Of a stretch of DNA of 64,000 bases, positions 18,673 through 28,361 are shown one piece after another (the stretch's first letter is position 1; every line of letters starts with the position of its first letter). Source of the DNA: a virus; the IMG/VR virus record IMGVR_UViG_3300045988_148533, positions 1-64,000 of that record, one strand, 5' to 3'. Position numbers and translations under genes: made by a program. Under the pieces are notes generated by a model. That model did no database searches, was not told the origin of the DNA, and worked only from the letters and a program-made list of their open reading frames with translations.

Positions 18673-19472
18673 TATTTGTCATCATTAAGGATTATTCCAG
18701 TTCCATCAAAATTGGGTCGCTGCATATCTATAAGATGCGTTCTGCGCCCTATCGCCTGTATCGGCATCTTGAGTATCTCGTATCTACCACTCAACTTATC
18801 CTTCCCCAATGAAGCTCGAATTTCGTGCGGTAAGTCCACAACATGATATTCAACTCTATGTCTGTACAACACTGACACACCAACACCCTCCGGCACATTA
18901 CCCTTTCTAAAGACAAGACAGTAGGGGTTGTTCTCAGCAATGCTATACACTGACTGACTCAGCTTTATAAGAGGCGAATATGAATCCTTAAATATGTAAA
19001 CAGCAACGATTCCATCCTCAAGAGGCGCATAGGAGAGAAATACACCGACAGTATCCTCAGCCATCTGCCTTGCTACAACCATCTCTGTGAACTGCGCATA
19101 TTCGTCCTCAACCGTAACCCTGTCAAAATAGGACAGACTCTCCTTGTCACAGTCTCTGACAGTTATTGCTGCCGTACCCATAAGTTCAGGATTCCACTGT
19201 ACATACTGTGTGCTGCGATTAAGCCCAGTAATGAGAGCCTTTGTCCTAATTGGATTTATGAACACATACCCGAATCCATGGCAGTTCTGACAGTTAGGCA
19301 GTGGAGCACCGCTGCTGCCCTGACAGGGGCATCTAATGGCCTTCTCACAGATTATATCGTAGCCATGAGACCAGATAGCAGCATCAAAGTCATTTGGCCG
19401 AAATTGTACAGAAGGTTGTCCATACAGGTTCTGTTGGGGTGCATCCTTTATAACTCTTGCCATATATTTCAA
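18672..19472 (-). CDS. hypothetical structural-module protein (266 aa) with a Cys cluster (CPCQGSSGAPLPNCQNCHGFG)
   Basis: ORF track. CxC...CxxC motif near the N-terminus. First gene after the promoter-containing intergenic region. Confidence 0.65.
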   Translation of the reverse strand: MKYMARVIKDAPQQNLYGQPSVQFRPNDFDAAIWSHGYDIICEKAIRCPCQGSSGAPLPNCQNCHGFGYVFINPIRTKALITGLNRSTQYVQWNPELMGTAAITVRDCDKESLSYFDRVTVEDEYAQFTEMVVARQMAEDTVGVFLSYAPLEDGIVAVYIFKDSYSPLIKLSQSVYSIAENNPYCLVFRKGNVPEGVGVSVLYRHRVEYHVVDLPHEIRASLGKDKLSGRYEILKMPIQAIGRRTHLIDMQRPNFDGTGIILNDDK

Positions 19473-19509
19473 TCTTTATTGAATTTTTCTGAATTTTTCA
19501 TTGCTGATA

Positions 19510-19517
19510 CAAATATA
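19510..19517 (-). promoter_or_regulatory. -7 box TATATTTG (minus strand)
   Basis: 37 nt upstream of ATG 19472. One half of the palindrome CAAATATAGCGTTTATATTTG. Confidence 0.5.
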
Positions 19518-19522
19518 GCGTT

Positions 19523-19530
19523 TATATTTG
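19523..19530 (+). promoter_or_regulatory. -7 box TATATTTG (plus strand), divergent partner
   Basis: Other half of the same palindrome. Points into a 130-nt ORF-free stretch that ends at the hairpin 19645..19675. Confidence 0.35.
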
Positions 19531-19644
19531 CAGTGTCAAAAGGTTAATGGGTAATAGAATCTCAGAACCGCTACCATTTTAACCACCCACTCTTCGGGTA
19601 TCCTGTATGGAAAGGAGGTTCAAAGTTGGGTGGCCGAAAATTTA

Positions 19645-19675
19645 AAGCCGAAGTTATTACTGCTTCGGCTTTTTC
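19645..19675. terminator. bidirectional hairpin terminator
   Basis: AAGCCGAAG-ttattactg-CTTCGGCTT followed by TTTTC on the plus strand and by TTTAAATTTTC on the minus strand. Overlaps the stop codon of 19657..20427. Confidence 0.6.
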
Positions 19676-20427
19676 TTTCCATACCTGTCAAATATAGCTT
19701 GCCTCTTCTGCACTTCATCAGGAGGGTTTTTCTTATCCTCTTCACCCCTACTTCTATCATAGGACGTCAGTATATAATGTCTGAACAGAACGCTGCCATC
19801 CTTCTGCCTCTTAAACTGTGCTATAAATACAAACTTACTGTTATTGTCTGTAGTTATTGATAGTCCAGGAAACTTTCCACTAAACTGAAAATATAAATTC
19901 TCTTTGGAAAAGTGGAAATTTTTCATTTCATGGGTTATTCTTTCCTGAAGTTCCTCTATGGAATTAAAGTCATTGTGCTGCACATAATGGTCATCAACAA
20001 TATGTTCCACACCAATATTTCTATCCTTACTGCCCCATACCAAATCAATTGAAGTATCAGCATAAAGATAATCATCGGTGCCGTACTGCTTTACCCTAAT
20101 AAATCTATTCCTTTTAGAATCATAGGTGAGAACAGGCAGTTTCACCGTGAACACATTACTACACTGTCCAGAACGTTCCTTGAAGAGCTTATTAAATGCC
20201 TCTATCGGTCTGCCTGAATAGTCTCCCCAAATAGTACCAAACCCACCACGCTCTTTTCTACCCTCTTCAACGTCTTCATACTTTGCTGATACCCCCACAT
20301 TTTTCTTGGGGTATTCATATTGCCATTTTCCATTTTCAAGCCAACGGCGAATGTACTTATGATTTGGCCTTTCAACCCTAAGCCTCTTAAAGGACTTCAG
20401 TATATGTATGTCACACAAAGAATTCAT
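19657..20427 (-). CDS. 256-aa protein with an N-terminal HKYIRRW..GKWQYEY motif and a His-rich core (GVEHIVDDHYVQH)
   Basis: ORF track. The motifs recall linker and nuclease-type modules of phage polyvalent/packaged proteins. This is from memory and is not verified. Confidence 0.6.
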   Translation of the reverse strand: MNSLCDIHILKSFKRLRVERPNHKYIRRWLENGKWQYEYPKKNVGVSAKYEDVEEGRKERGGFGTIWGDYSGRPIEAFNKLFKERSGQCSNVFTVKLPVLTYDSKRNRFIRVKQYGTDDYLYADTSIDLVWGSKDRNIGVEHIVDDHYVQHNDFNSIEELQERITHEMKNFHFSKENLYFQFSGKFPGLSITTDNNSKFVFIAQFKRQKDGSVLFRHYILTSYDRSRGEEDKKNPPDEVQKRQAIFDRYGKKKPKQ

Positions 20428-20431
20428 GCCT

Positions 20432-21232
20432 TTACACTACTGTCATGTGAATTTCGTCGTAAACTAACTTGATGCGCTTAACAGTCTCCTTTATTTCCTT
20501 TTCGTAGGTAATGAGTCGAGCACCGTATCCGGCATTTGTAGCACTTGCCGTGCTCGATATGCCCTGACTCAAACCATCCACCCCCAGACTCTGGCTCGCA
20601 ATACCTGCACCAAGAATAAGGTCTCCAGCAATGTTCAAAGGGCCAAAACAAGCAAGTTTTCCAGTCAAATTCAACAAATCCATCGGCATATCATCAATGC
20701 CGAAGCCTGTTATGTACTGCAAGTCCCAATAATCTGGAATCATTCTAAAGTGCTGACTGCCTAACTGCGTTGTCAGCCCAGAAAGAATAACCTCAGCATT
20801 AGCTGTCGCAACGGCTGTTCCAGTAGGAACTATGCTCACTCTCCTCTTGAACATTCCATAGCTGTTCTGATGTGTGGTAAGCCATTGAGTAGGGTATGAT
20901 ATCTGTTCAAGATTATTGAATCGTCCTGTCAACGATACAGGTTCATTGACAGGATAATTCGAAAACAATATAGGAAAGCTCTGCCAATAATCAGCCCTGT
21001 AATACGTAAGTTTCTCCTTAAAGATAAACTGCCTTACAAGTTTAAGGTTGAAGAAATTCTCAACCTCCTTCTGTGCTGCCTGTATGTAGAAGCGCATACT
21101 CTCATTGCTGAATGCAGTTCCATCTCCACCCTGTATAACTATACCATAAAGGTACAGCGCAAAGATTTCAGCCGGACTGAATAGCATTCCGGTATTCTTA
21201 CGATATTTTACTGTTAAAACGAGCTGATTCAT
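20432..21232 (-). CDS. hypothetical head-completion/neck region protein (266 aa)
   Basis: ORF track and synteny. Confidence 0.65.
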   Translation of the reverse strand: MNQLVLTVKYRKNTGMLFSPAEIFALYLYGIVIQGGDGTAFSNESMRFYIQAAQKEVENFFNLKLVRQFIFKEKLTYYRADYWQSFPILFSNYPVNEPVSLTGRFNNLEQISYPTQWLTTHQNSYGMFKRRVSIVPTGTAVATANAEVILSGLTTQLGSQHFRMIPDYWDLQYITGFGIDDMPMDLLNLTGKLACFGPLNIAGDLILGAGIASQSLGVDGLSQGISSTASATNAGYGARLITYEKEIKETVKRIKLVYDEIHMTVV

Positions 21233-21238
21233 TGTATA

Positions 21239-21835
21239 TTACTTTTCTGGACTGATTATTGCCTGAATGATTTCTACTTTCGTCTTCCCCTCAAGAGTAA
21301 CCTTGTCTATTCCGGCTTCCTCAGCAAACTGAAGAAGTTCCTCCTTGAGCATAGCCATCAGCTCTCTCTTCAGGGCTTCCTCATCAACCTCCTCTGTCTT
21401 TGCAGGGGCAGGGTTCTCCTCAGCAGCTGTTTCAGGGGCTTCCTCAGCAGCTGCTGCGCCTGTTGCACTTTCAACAGCTGAACCCTCAACTTCCTTAATG
21501 CGAAGCTCTCTTTCCTTTTCATATTCTGCTTTCCAGTTACGCACCTCTACTTCGAGCTCCTCAATCCTGCGCTTGTAGGAATCTCGAGCGGTTGTAAGAC
21601 GAACAATTTCCTTCTGATACCAATCCTCCTTATCCTGAAAATCGGTCTTCATCTGGATTTCCTTGGGCGTCTCAAACAGAGGCTGTTTGCCGTCCTCATA
21701 CATATCAGGCAGACCCAGCTTCAGCACCTCTGCGCCAAAGTCATCGTCAACCTGTGCTATGCAGTTAGTGAATTTCACATTCACACCGTTGATGTTAATT
21801 GTCTTGTTTCCGGCTTTCTTGCTAAATAACTTCAT
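21239..21835 (-). CDS. hypothetical coiled-coil, Ala/Glu-rich protein (198 aa)
   Basis: ORF track. Contains KEIVRLTTARDSYKRRIEELEVEVRNWKAEYEKERELRIKE and an AAAEEAPETAAEE tract. Confidence 0.65.
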   Translation of the reverse strand: MKLFSKKAGNKTININGVNVKFTNCIAQVDDDFGAEVLKLGLPDMYEDGKQPLFETPKEIQMKTDFQDKEDWYQKEIVRLTTARDSYKRRIEELEVEVRNWKAEYEKERELRIKEVEGSAVESATGAAAAEEAPETAAEENPAPAKTEEVDEEALKRELMAMLKEELLQFAEEAGIDKVTLEGKTKVEIIQAIISPEK

Positions 21836-21860
21836 AATTCTTTTTCTATTAAACTGTTAA

Positions 21861-22766
21861 TTACTCCAGTGATTTTACCTCCAGACTTGCATTGCATTGG
21901 GTATCCCCAATCAATGTGCCGTCCAAATTCACAATAAATGTGCATTTGGATACAACGTCATCATAAATATTTAGTCCAACCCACACAAATTTAATCTGTG
22001 TATTTGACTCAAACGCTACATACTGTATCATTTGACGATAATACATCGGCTTTCCAGATAACTGTATGCCATACCTCGTATAAATAGGAGAACGAACTAT
22101 TATCTGCTTAAATTCCTCTACGCTTGCCACGTGCAGCCAATCAGAAAGTATTTCCTCTTCTGTGAACACCTTATTCAGTGGGGTTCTGAGAGGTAGATTT
22201 ATCATGTGCGGCACTTGATTAACATCAATAGCATTAATCTTGGCTTTATCCTCCTTTGGCATAAGACCGTTGCTTTCAGCAGTAGCAACATCAGTTGTTG
22301 CAATAGTCTTCTTACCGTCAGGAGTGTCATAGGTGACATCGTCAAGCGAATTGAGGTTCAGATGGAAACTTGTCGTACCTACTTCCGTCTGTATGATGTC
22401 ATCACCCTGTTCCTGTGGATATTTTCTAAGAGAAAGAAGCGCATATATAGCACTCTCAAGAGTACCCATAAGCTGCGCGTCAGCGGGCAGTACTACAACT
22501 TTCTTACCATCTACAACTGTCTCCTTTATGTAGGAAATAAGGTCACTTGCACGTGCATAAGGGTTGTCGTTGTCGGCTTTAGGCTGATACATCTCATCAG
22601 CCTTTGTCTGTGTAAGATAATCCGTAGAACCGCCTCCCCCACCCTGCTCAATTTGCTGCTGCAGATTGTCAAAGTTTGTATCACACGTTTCCGAAACTTT
22701 TCTCAGCGGCTTACATATATAGCCGTGCCCGAGCAAACAGTCAGTACATTTAGTCTTTTTAGCCAT
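21861..22766 (-). CDS. hypothetical head-associated protein (301 aa)
   Basis: First ORF after the terminator that follows the capsid gene. Confidence 0.65.
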   Translation of the reverse strand: MAKKTKCTDCLLGHGYICKPLRKVSETCDTNFDNLQQQIEQGGGGGSTDYLTQTKADEMYQPKADNDNPYARASDLISYIKETVVDGKKVVVLPADAQLMGTLESAIYALLSLRKYPQEQGDDIIQTEVGTTSFHLNLNSLDDVTYDTPDGKKTIATTDVATAESNGLMPKEDKAKINAIDVNQVPHMINLPLRTPLNKVFTEEEILSDWLHVASVEEFKQIIVRSPIYTRYGIQLSGKPMYYRQMIQYVAFESNTQIKFVWVGLNIYDDVVSKCTFIVNLDGTLIGDTQCNASLEVKSLE

Positions 22767-22789
22767 AATAAACGATTTTTAAATAAATA

Positions 22790-22819
22790 AGGGGCTGGGG
22801 GACTATCCCCAACCCCCTT
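22790..22819 (-). terminator. rho-independent terminator after the major capsid gene
   Basis: Minus strand GGGGGTTGGGGA-tag-TCCCCCAGCCCC followed by TTATTTATTTAAAAA. Confidence 0.65.
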
Positions 22820-22846
22820 GGACTATATTGATAGGCTTACGACCCT

Positions 22847-24364
22847 TTAGGTGGTAGGCAGACCAATCTTTCCGATGTTGATGATACGTGCTATCTTTCC
22901 AGGCTGATACAGTACAGGAGTACCGTAGTTCAGAACTGAGAACGACCTGCGAGGGCCAACGATAGCATAGTCGAGCTTCATTGTGCCACCGAGCTCCAGA
23001 TACTCTATCATATCTGTGCTGTTGTAGTAGATGAGGGCGGATTTTGTTCCGGCTATCCACCTGTTGCGGTCATGCACGCTGCCAGCGGCTGCACCGTCCC
23101 ATCCGGCTGCGAGCTCAGTGGTGCTCACCTCGAAGATAGGGAAGAAGTCAGCGGTATTCTTGTCGGCAGGGTCTTTCTCGGTACGATAGATGACGTAGCA
23201 AGTTTCGGGGTATGCCGAGGATGTAGCTCCGGTAAACTTCAGTGTTACGGACTGAGTTGCACCTACTGCCTGAACAGTATCGTTCAGAAGTACAGGCTCG
23301 GACTCACCGTATCTGTTCTTGGCGGTAACTGCATAGTAGTAGCTTCCGGCATGAGCAGAGCCGAACTGACCCTTTGCATCAGTAGCCACAGCCACTGGAG
23401 TAGTGCCATCCTTCACAGGAGCGTTAGGAGCCTTGGCGGATGTCTTCTCACGATTGAGGCGGATAGGCTGAGCAAAGTCAAAGTATTTGTCGGCCTTAAT
23501 GTTCACCTTACCGAACTGAGTGGTGATGTCGTTCACGGACTGACCCATTGTAGCACCAACCACGCCACCGTTCATTCCAACGATAACCCTCTTGGACTCG
23601 TGGAACAGCTTGACATAGTTGTTGAACACAACAGGGCTGGAAACGATGCGGTCAATCACACCGTTACGGTCATTGACAACAGCCTGCGAGGCATCCTCAA
23701 CGAGGGCATCAGTCAGAACTGAACCGTTAGCGTTGATGACAGCCACGTCACCAAAGTAGGCATCCAGAATCTGCTCAGATGTCTTACCCACAAGGCCACC
23801 TGTGATGTCGTTGATACCGGACGCGTGCTGTGCGAACACACCGTCGAACTCCTCAGGAACCTTTGCAGAATCTGCATCGATTACTTTCTTGTCGAGGATT
23901 GTCTGCAGCAGAATTGTCTTGTTCTCAACCTCCTTGGTGTACAGATTGCCGACGACAGTCTTAACAATCATTCCCGGATGAGTTACCTGTCCAGTAACAC
24001 CTGTGAACTTGACAACGATTGACTTCCTGCGGTAAACAGAATCTGTCTCAGCTGGAGTCTCACCCTCCTGATTGAAGATTCCCACCTCCTGACCGTACTT
24101 GTACAGCTGATTGTACTGATGCACGGTATTTTCGATTTTCTGGTGATGGAGCTCATTCCAGAACACGAGTTGGTCGAGACGGTTCTCAAGATTCTTGAGA
24201 ACACCATCCAGAGACTCAGGTTTCAGACCACCACCATTGTTGAGCTGGTCATTGTACTGCATTCCAGTGAGCAGTCCAGCCTCCATCGCCTTCAGAATCT
24301 CCTCCGAAGACATTGTTTCAAGCGGATTGGCACTTTCAGTGCCTGTGTAGTTGTATAAATCCAT
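22847..24364 (-). CDS. major capsid protein candidate
   Basis: 505 aa. Follows the protease and acidic scaffold-like genes and is followed by a strong terminator. Based on synteny and size only. Confidence 0.6.
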   Translation of the reverse strand: MDLYNYTGTESANPLETMSSEEILKAMEAGLLTGMQYNDQLNNGGGLKPESLDGVLKNLENRLDQLVFWNELHHQKIENTVHQYNQLYKYGQEVGIFNQEGETPAETDSVYRRKSIVVKFTGVTGQVTHPGMIVKTVVGNLYTKEVENKTILLQTILDKKVIDADSAKVPEEFDGVFAQHASGINDITGGLVGKTSEQILDAYFGDVAVINANGSVLTDALVEDASQAVVNDRNGVIDRIVSSPVVFNNYVKLFHESKRVIVGMNGGVVGATMGQSVNDITTQFGKVNIKADKYFDFAQPIRLNREKTSAKAPNAPVKDGTTPVAVATDAKGQFGSAHAGSYYYAVTAKNRYGESEPVLLNDTVQAVGATQSVTLKFTGATSSAYPETCYVIYRTEKDPADKNTADFFPIFEVSTTELAAGWDGAAAGSVHDRNRWIAGTKSALIYYNSTDMIEYLELGGTMKLDYAIVGPRRSFSVLNYGTPVLYQPGKIARIINIGKIGLPTT

Positions 24365-24396
24365 ATTTTCTAATTATTAAGATTTTCCACACGAAA

Positions 24397-25191
24397 TTAT
24401 TTCACCAGACGAACGTTCTTGTTGTCGTACATATAGCGAGCAGCTGTCTCGCCCACCTGACCATAGAGAGGGTCAATCATGTAGGCATTCACATCGTCAC
24501 GAAGTGACTTCTGTATTGCCTCATCCTTTTCCTCAGCAATGGCTTTCTCGAGAAGCTCGCGAACAACACCTCTGTCACGAGAAACAGAAAGCACTGTCTT
24601 GTTGTTCTCATCCTTAGCACCGCCACCCATGCTCTTCTCAAGCACGGCTCGATTCAAGCCTGCTGACTTGAACTTAGGAGCAGCATCACCGAAAGCAATG
24701 ATTGCCTTGCGCATACCGTCAAGAGACTTCTCAAAACGGTCAGCAACAGCATTCACAGCTTTCTCGATAGCCTGTTCCATGGCTTCATTGCGCTCCTCTT
24801 CCTTGCGCTGCATTTCCCTCTTGGTGCGACGGAATACATCTGAGGCAATGGCCTTCACGATGTCAGGTGTCTTCTTACCCTTTCCGTGACAGCCCCCACC
24901 TTTCTCGAGGTCTTCATCATCCTCTTCGTCCTCAGGGTCTTCATCGCCCCCGTTTCCTTTCTCGAGGTCTTCATCATCCTCTTTCTCCTCAGAACCCTTA
25001 CCTTTCTTTTCGGGGTCCACCTCGTCAGGGTCTTCCTCCTCAGACGGCTCAGATTTCTGAATTGTACCTTCGTCAATCCACCCTGCAATGGTGGACTCAT
25101 CAAAGCCACTTTCAAGCAACGACTTTACAATGTCATCACCCATCTCGGCTTCAGTAAGTTTTGTTCTTTTCTTTTCCATGATATTACTCAT
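24397..25191 (-). CDS. scaffolding protein candidate
   Basis: 264 aa. Strongly acidic N-terminal half with a duplicated DDEDLEKG unit and a helical C-terminal half. Lies between the protease and the capsid gene. Confidence 0.55.
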   Translation of the reverse strand: MSNIMEKKRTKLTEAEMGDDIVKSLLESGFDESTIAGWIDEGTIQKSEPSEEEDPDEVDPEKKGKGSEEKEDDEDLEKGNGGDEDPEDEEDDEDLEKGGGCHGKGKKTPDIVKAIASDVFRRTKREMQRKEEERNEAMEQAIEKAVNAVADRFEKSLDGMRKAIIAFGDAAPKFKSAGLNRAVLEKSMGGGAKDENNKTVLSVSRDRGVVRELLEKAIAEEKDEAIQKSLRDDVNAYMIDPLYGQVGETAARYMYDNKNVRLVK

Positions 25192-25239
25192 TTTTCGTGT
25201 TAAAAATATTTCGAATTATTTTCTCAGGCAAAACTCACA

Positions 25240-25911
25240 TCATAATTTTCTATGATGAAAGTTATAATCAGTGTCTATTGTAATGAGACTGCTTCCAACT
25301 TTTTTATAGAATATCAATCCATTACAACTTATATCAGAAGCACTGTATCCAGTCGGAATAAAATCTTCCTTCTGAATGCCCTTTACTATGTCAAAATAGG
25401 TATTGAAATTGACAGGTGTAAGGGTTAGAGCTATATTGTTTATGATTGCACGAGTAATGTGCTTCTCATTGTCAGGGTCTCTCTCAAGAGCACGGCCTTC
25501 AATTGACATTCCCGGACGTCGGCTTGAGCCACTCTCCTTCATTTCTATACACTTGTCCCAGAATGCACGTGCCTCCGGTGATTCCTTCCACAGCCTGCCT
25601 TTCACCCAGAACTTATTATCCACTATCTTACCGTCAATAGGCTCTCCAATCCAGAACCTACTCTTCAGCTCCTTGGCTCTGGAAGTAAGATGGTCAAGAT
25701 TAAACAGCCCATGGGATAAAAAATAGGTAATGTCAAAGCCGTTGGGCTCCATGGAATCCCCCTCATAGTCCACGCTGCTGTCAGAAGCTATACCCTCAAA
25801 GACCATATTCTCGTATCGACGTTCATCTCCACGAGGATACGCCTCATACTTAGACTTCTCAAAAGCAAGAGGAAGCCAGAAATTGAAATTATCTTTTTTC
25901 ACTGCCACCAT
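25240..25911 (-). CDS. prohead maturation protease (HK97 / S78-like)
   Basis: FEGIASDSSVDYEGDSMEPNGF...LDHL...GMSIEG follows the HK97 prohead protease pattern (His in LDH, Ser in MSIEG). Sits in the head-module position. Confidence 0.65.
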   Translation of the reverse strand: MVAVKKDNFNFWLPLAFEKSKYEAYPRGDERRYENMVFEGIASDSSVDYEGDSMEPNGFDITYFLSHGLFNLDHLTSRAKELKSRFWIGEPIDGKIVDNKFWVKGRLWKESPEARAFWDKCIEMKESGSSRRPGMSIEGRALERDPDNEKHITRAIINNIALTLTPVNFNTYFDIVKGIQKEDFIPTGYSASDISCNGLIFYKKVGSSLITIDTDYNFHHRKL

Positions 25912-25932
25912 ACGTGTAAATTTTACACAAAA

Positions 25933-27258
25933 CTAAATTGAATTCACCGTCGTGCAAAATATCGGGTCACCGATATAGTCACTGCCTCTTTCGTTAGCTG
26001 CCATGAATTCTTCTTCAGGCGTCTCAACTTTAATAGAGCCGCCAAACATCAATGAATGTGCAAAATTCTCAAGTACCTTGCGCATATCGTCTTCATTGCC
26101 GTCATAGGCAATTTCAACCTGTGTCAAGAAATTGCTTGAGGGGTCATCAGCATAGGAAACATTTCTTATCACAAGAGGCTTCACAAGTTTCACCCTGCTG
26201 CCATTCACAGTAAATTCCTCTGCACCGCTTATTCCTTTCATGAGCTTCTCAATGTCCATATTGGCATCTCTTACTGCAAAAATTACCTTTGCAGCACCGT
26301 CCATTGACTCCAGCATAAGGGGTGCTGCACCATCACAGTCAACCGCCTTTTTGAACATCTTTGCTGCTACTGCAAGAAATACCTCCTGTGTCAGCCTACC
26401 TTCCTTATAGGCGGAATATACCCTTTCCACGTTTTCAGTCCACATGGAATTGTACTCCGCATATTTCTTCATAGCGATTAGCCCTTGGTCGAATATGAAA
26501 GGTCGCACCACGAAGTCCTGCATATACACCCACTCACTGAAGCAGTGCTCACTGCTGTCAACCGTTACAGGCTGACTGCCGTCCACCTGAATCAAGAAGT
26601 AGTGTATCCACGCATCCTTACTTCTGTATTCCCCTAAGTCCACTACCTGTGAATCCTTAATAGGGTCAAGATTAGTCTCTTCCTTCAGCTCTCTTATCGC
26701 TGCATCGAAAAAGTCCTCGCCCTCATCAACGTGTCCTCCAGGAAGACATACCTTTCCAGTGGGGTTAAAGTTCTCAACACGATGCAGAATAAGAAACTTT
26801 CCAGTCTCCCTGTCCTGAGCAAGCACATCCGCATACTTAACAGGCTGTCCGGTGACACTCTTGACTATATTGAAATATAGAGACTTACTAAGTTTACCCC
26901 TATGATACATCTCCTTTGCCCTGTACAGGTTGTCTATATCAGCGCACCTTGCCGATATTTCACTGTCCATGCGATACTTCTCCATTGACTTAACAATGCG
27001 AGCACGCTCATTGACAGCTGCTGCAACCTGTTTATTCTGCTCCTTCATAAACTTAGCAAACTGCTTTATAGCAGCACCCCTCTTTTCAACAGGCAGTGAA
27101 TTCACACCATCCATTATTGACTTCTGAAGTGCAAGTCTATCTGCAAATTCCACAGCCGAAGCATCAAGTTCCTCAAGACGCTGACGCATACTCCGATACT
27201 CAGCGACCCTTTCTTCCGAATTATAAAATAAATTTCGTATCATATCACTAAACTTCAT
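25933..27258 (-). CDS. 441-aa head-module protein with a central Nudix hydrolase domain
   Basis: Nudix box GHVDEGEDFFDAAIRELKEETNL matches GX5EX7REUXEEXGU, with N in place of the penultimate G. Flanked by roughly 150-aa extensions on each side. Confidence 0.75.
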   Translation of the reverse strand: MKFSDMIRNLFYNSEERVAEYRSMRQRLEELDASAVEFADRLALQKSIMDGVNSLPVEKRGAAIKQFAKFMKEQNKQVAAAVNERARIVKSMEKYRMDSEISARCADIDNLYRAKEMYHRGKLSKSLYFNIVKSVTGQPVKYADVLAQDRETGKFLILHRVENFNPTGKVCLPGGHVDEGEDFFDAAIRELKEETNLDPIKDSQVVDLGEYRSKDAWIHYFLIQVDGSQPVTVDSSEHCFSEWVYMQDFVVRPFIFDQGLIAMKKYAEYNSMWTENVERVYSAYKEGRLTQEVFLAVAAKMFKKAVDCDGAAPLMLESMDGAAKVIFAVRDANMDIEKLMKGISGAEEFTVNGSRVKLVKPLVIRNVSYADDPSSNFLTQVEIAYDGNEDDMRKVLENFAHSLMFGGSIKVETPEEEFMAANERGSDYIGDPIFCTTVNSI

Positions 27259-28195
27259 ATTCCTTATTTCCTATTGTAATTCTAACCTTACCCTTCCTCT
27301 CCACTCTGCGTTCATACTTCTCAGGCGGTGCAAATTCACCACGTTCCTCATTCCACACATATCCCTTTGGAAGCCTTACTATCTCACAGCGACAGTAGGG
27401 GTGAACAGGGTGAACAGTAGGTTTCCACTCACTGGACTTCAAACCATAATTCGTGCCATTGGCCATAAGCTCACTGAGTCTAAACGTCTTGGGTCTACTG
27501 CCGATACCCCTTGTAAGATACAGTCTAATGCAATGCCGACAGGCTCCTGGGAACACCTGAAAATACACAATAGGGTCTGCGTCATCAGACATCATATTCA
27601 CAGCCCTGCCAAGATTGTACACGTCCTGACTCTCAGTCTCCACAATCCTGCTCCAGTCTCTGTTCCATGTCTGCATCCTATCAGCTATCCTGCTGCTTAT
27701 TCTCTTCACGGAACGCTTTGCAAGTGTTCCTTCAAGAATTTCCTCGTGTAGAACCTTTTCAGCCTTAGCTCTCTCCTGCTGCTGCAACAGGTTCATCTCC
27801 TCAGCACTTATAGCTGCACGGATATCCTCCTTGATTTTCTCACCGAAGCCCTTTATATGCGAATATGTCTTATCAGCTGCTATACGGTAAAAGGCCATTT
27901 CCCGAGTATTTGGTTCAAAAAGGCCCATTTTAGGGAGAAACTTTGCAAACTCGGAGTACTTCATCCTCGAGGTAGGCTGCTTCCCTAAAGCGGAAGAAAG
28001 ACGACCAAACAAAAATGCCTGATAGTAGGATGGAAACTTAGGAAGAAGTTTTACTAAGTCAACACCGTGCTTCTTCAAAAGACTAATGTCTGACTTAGTT
28101 ATATAGGACTGTCCAAGAACACGTGTGACTATCTTAAGAACGGCCACATCGACATTCTCAAATACACGCCTTATATCCTCTTCTCTAAGTAGCAT
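27248..28195 (-). CDS. head morphogenesis protein (Mu F / SPP1 gp7 family)
   Basis: C-terminal signature PGACRHC...VHPVHPYCRCEIV. Lies directly downstream of the portal gene. Confidence 0.75.
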   Translation of the reverse strand: MLLREEDIRRVFENVDVAVLKIVTRVLGQSYITKSDISLLKKHGVDLVKLLPKFPSYYQAFLFGRLSSALGKQPTSRMKYSEFAKFLPKMGLFEPNTREMAFYRIAADKTYSHIKGFGEKIKEDIRAAISAEEMNLLQQQERAKAEKVLHEEILEGTLAKRSVKRISSRIADRMQTWNRDWSRIVETESQDVYNLGRAVNMMSDDADPIVYFQVFPGACRHCIRLYLTRGIGSRPKTFRLSELMANGTNYGLKSSEWKPTVHPVHPYCRCEIVRLPKGYVWNEERGEFAPPEKYERRVERKGKVRITIGNKEYEV

Positions 28196-28196
28196 C

Positions 28197-28361
28197 CTAT
28201 TTCTTTTTATTACTTACAACCTCAACAAGTGCCTCAACAACATCCCCAAACAGGTGTGCAGCACTAAAGGAATTATAAAATTCCTTCTCATACACACCCT
28301 GTACCCTCGGGTATCTCATAGGGTCTACCGCATGGGCTGTATGTGTTGGAGACTGTTTCAT
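28197..28361 (-). CDS. small ORF (54 aa) filling the portal-MuF gap
   Basis: Hand-translated MKQSPTHTAHAVDPMRYPRVQGVYEKEFYNSFSAAHLFGDVVEALVEVVSNKKK. Its ATG overlaps the portal stop (AATGA). Below the ORF-track size cutoff. Confidence 0.35.
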   Translation of the reverse strand: MKQSPTHTAHAVDPMRYPRVQGVYEKEFYNSFSAAHLFGDVVEALVEVVSNKKK

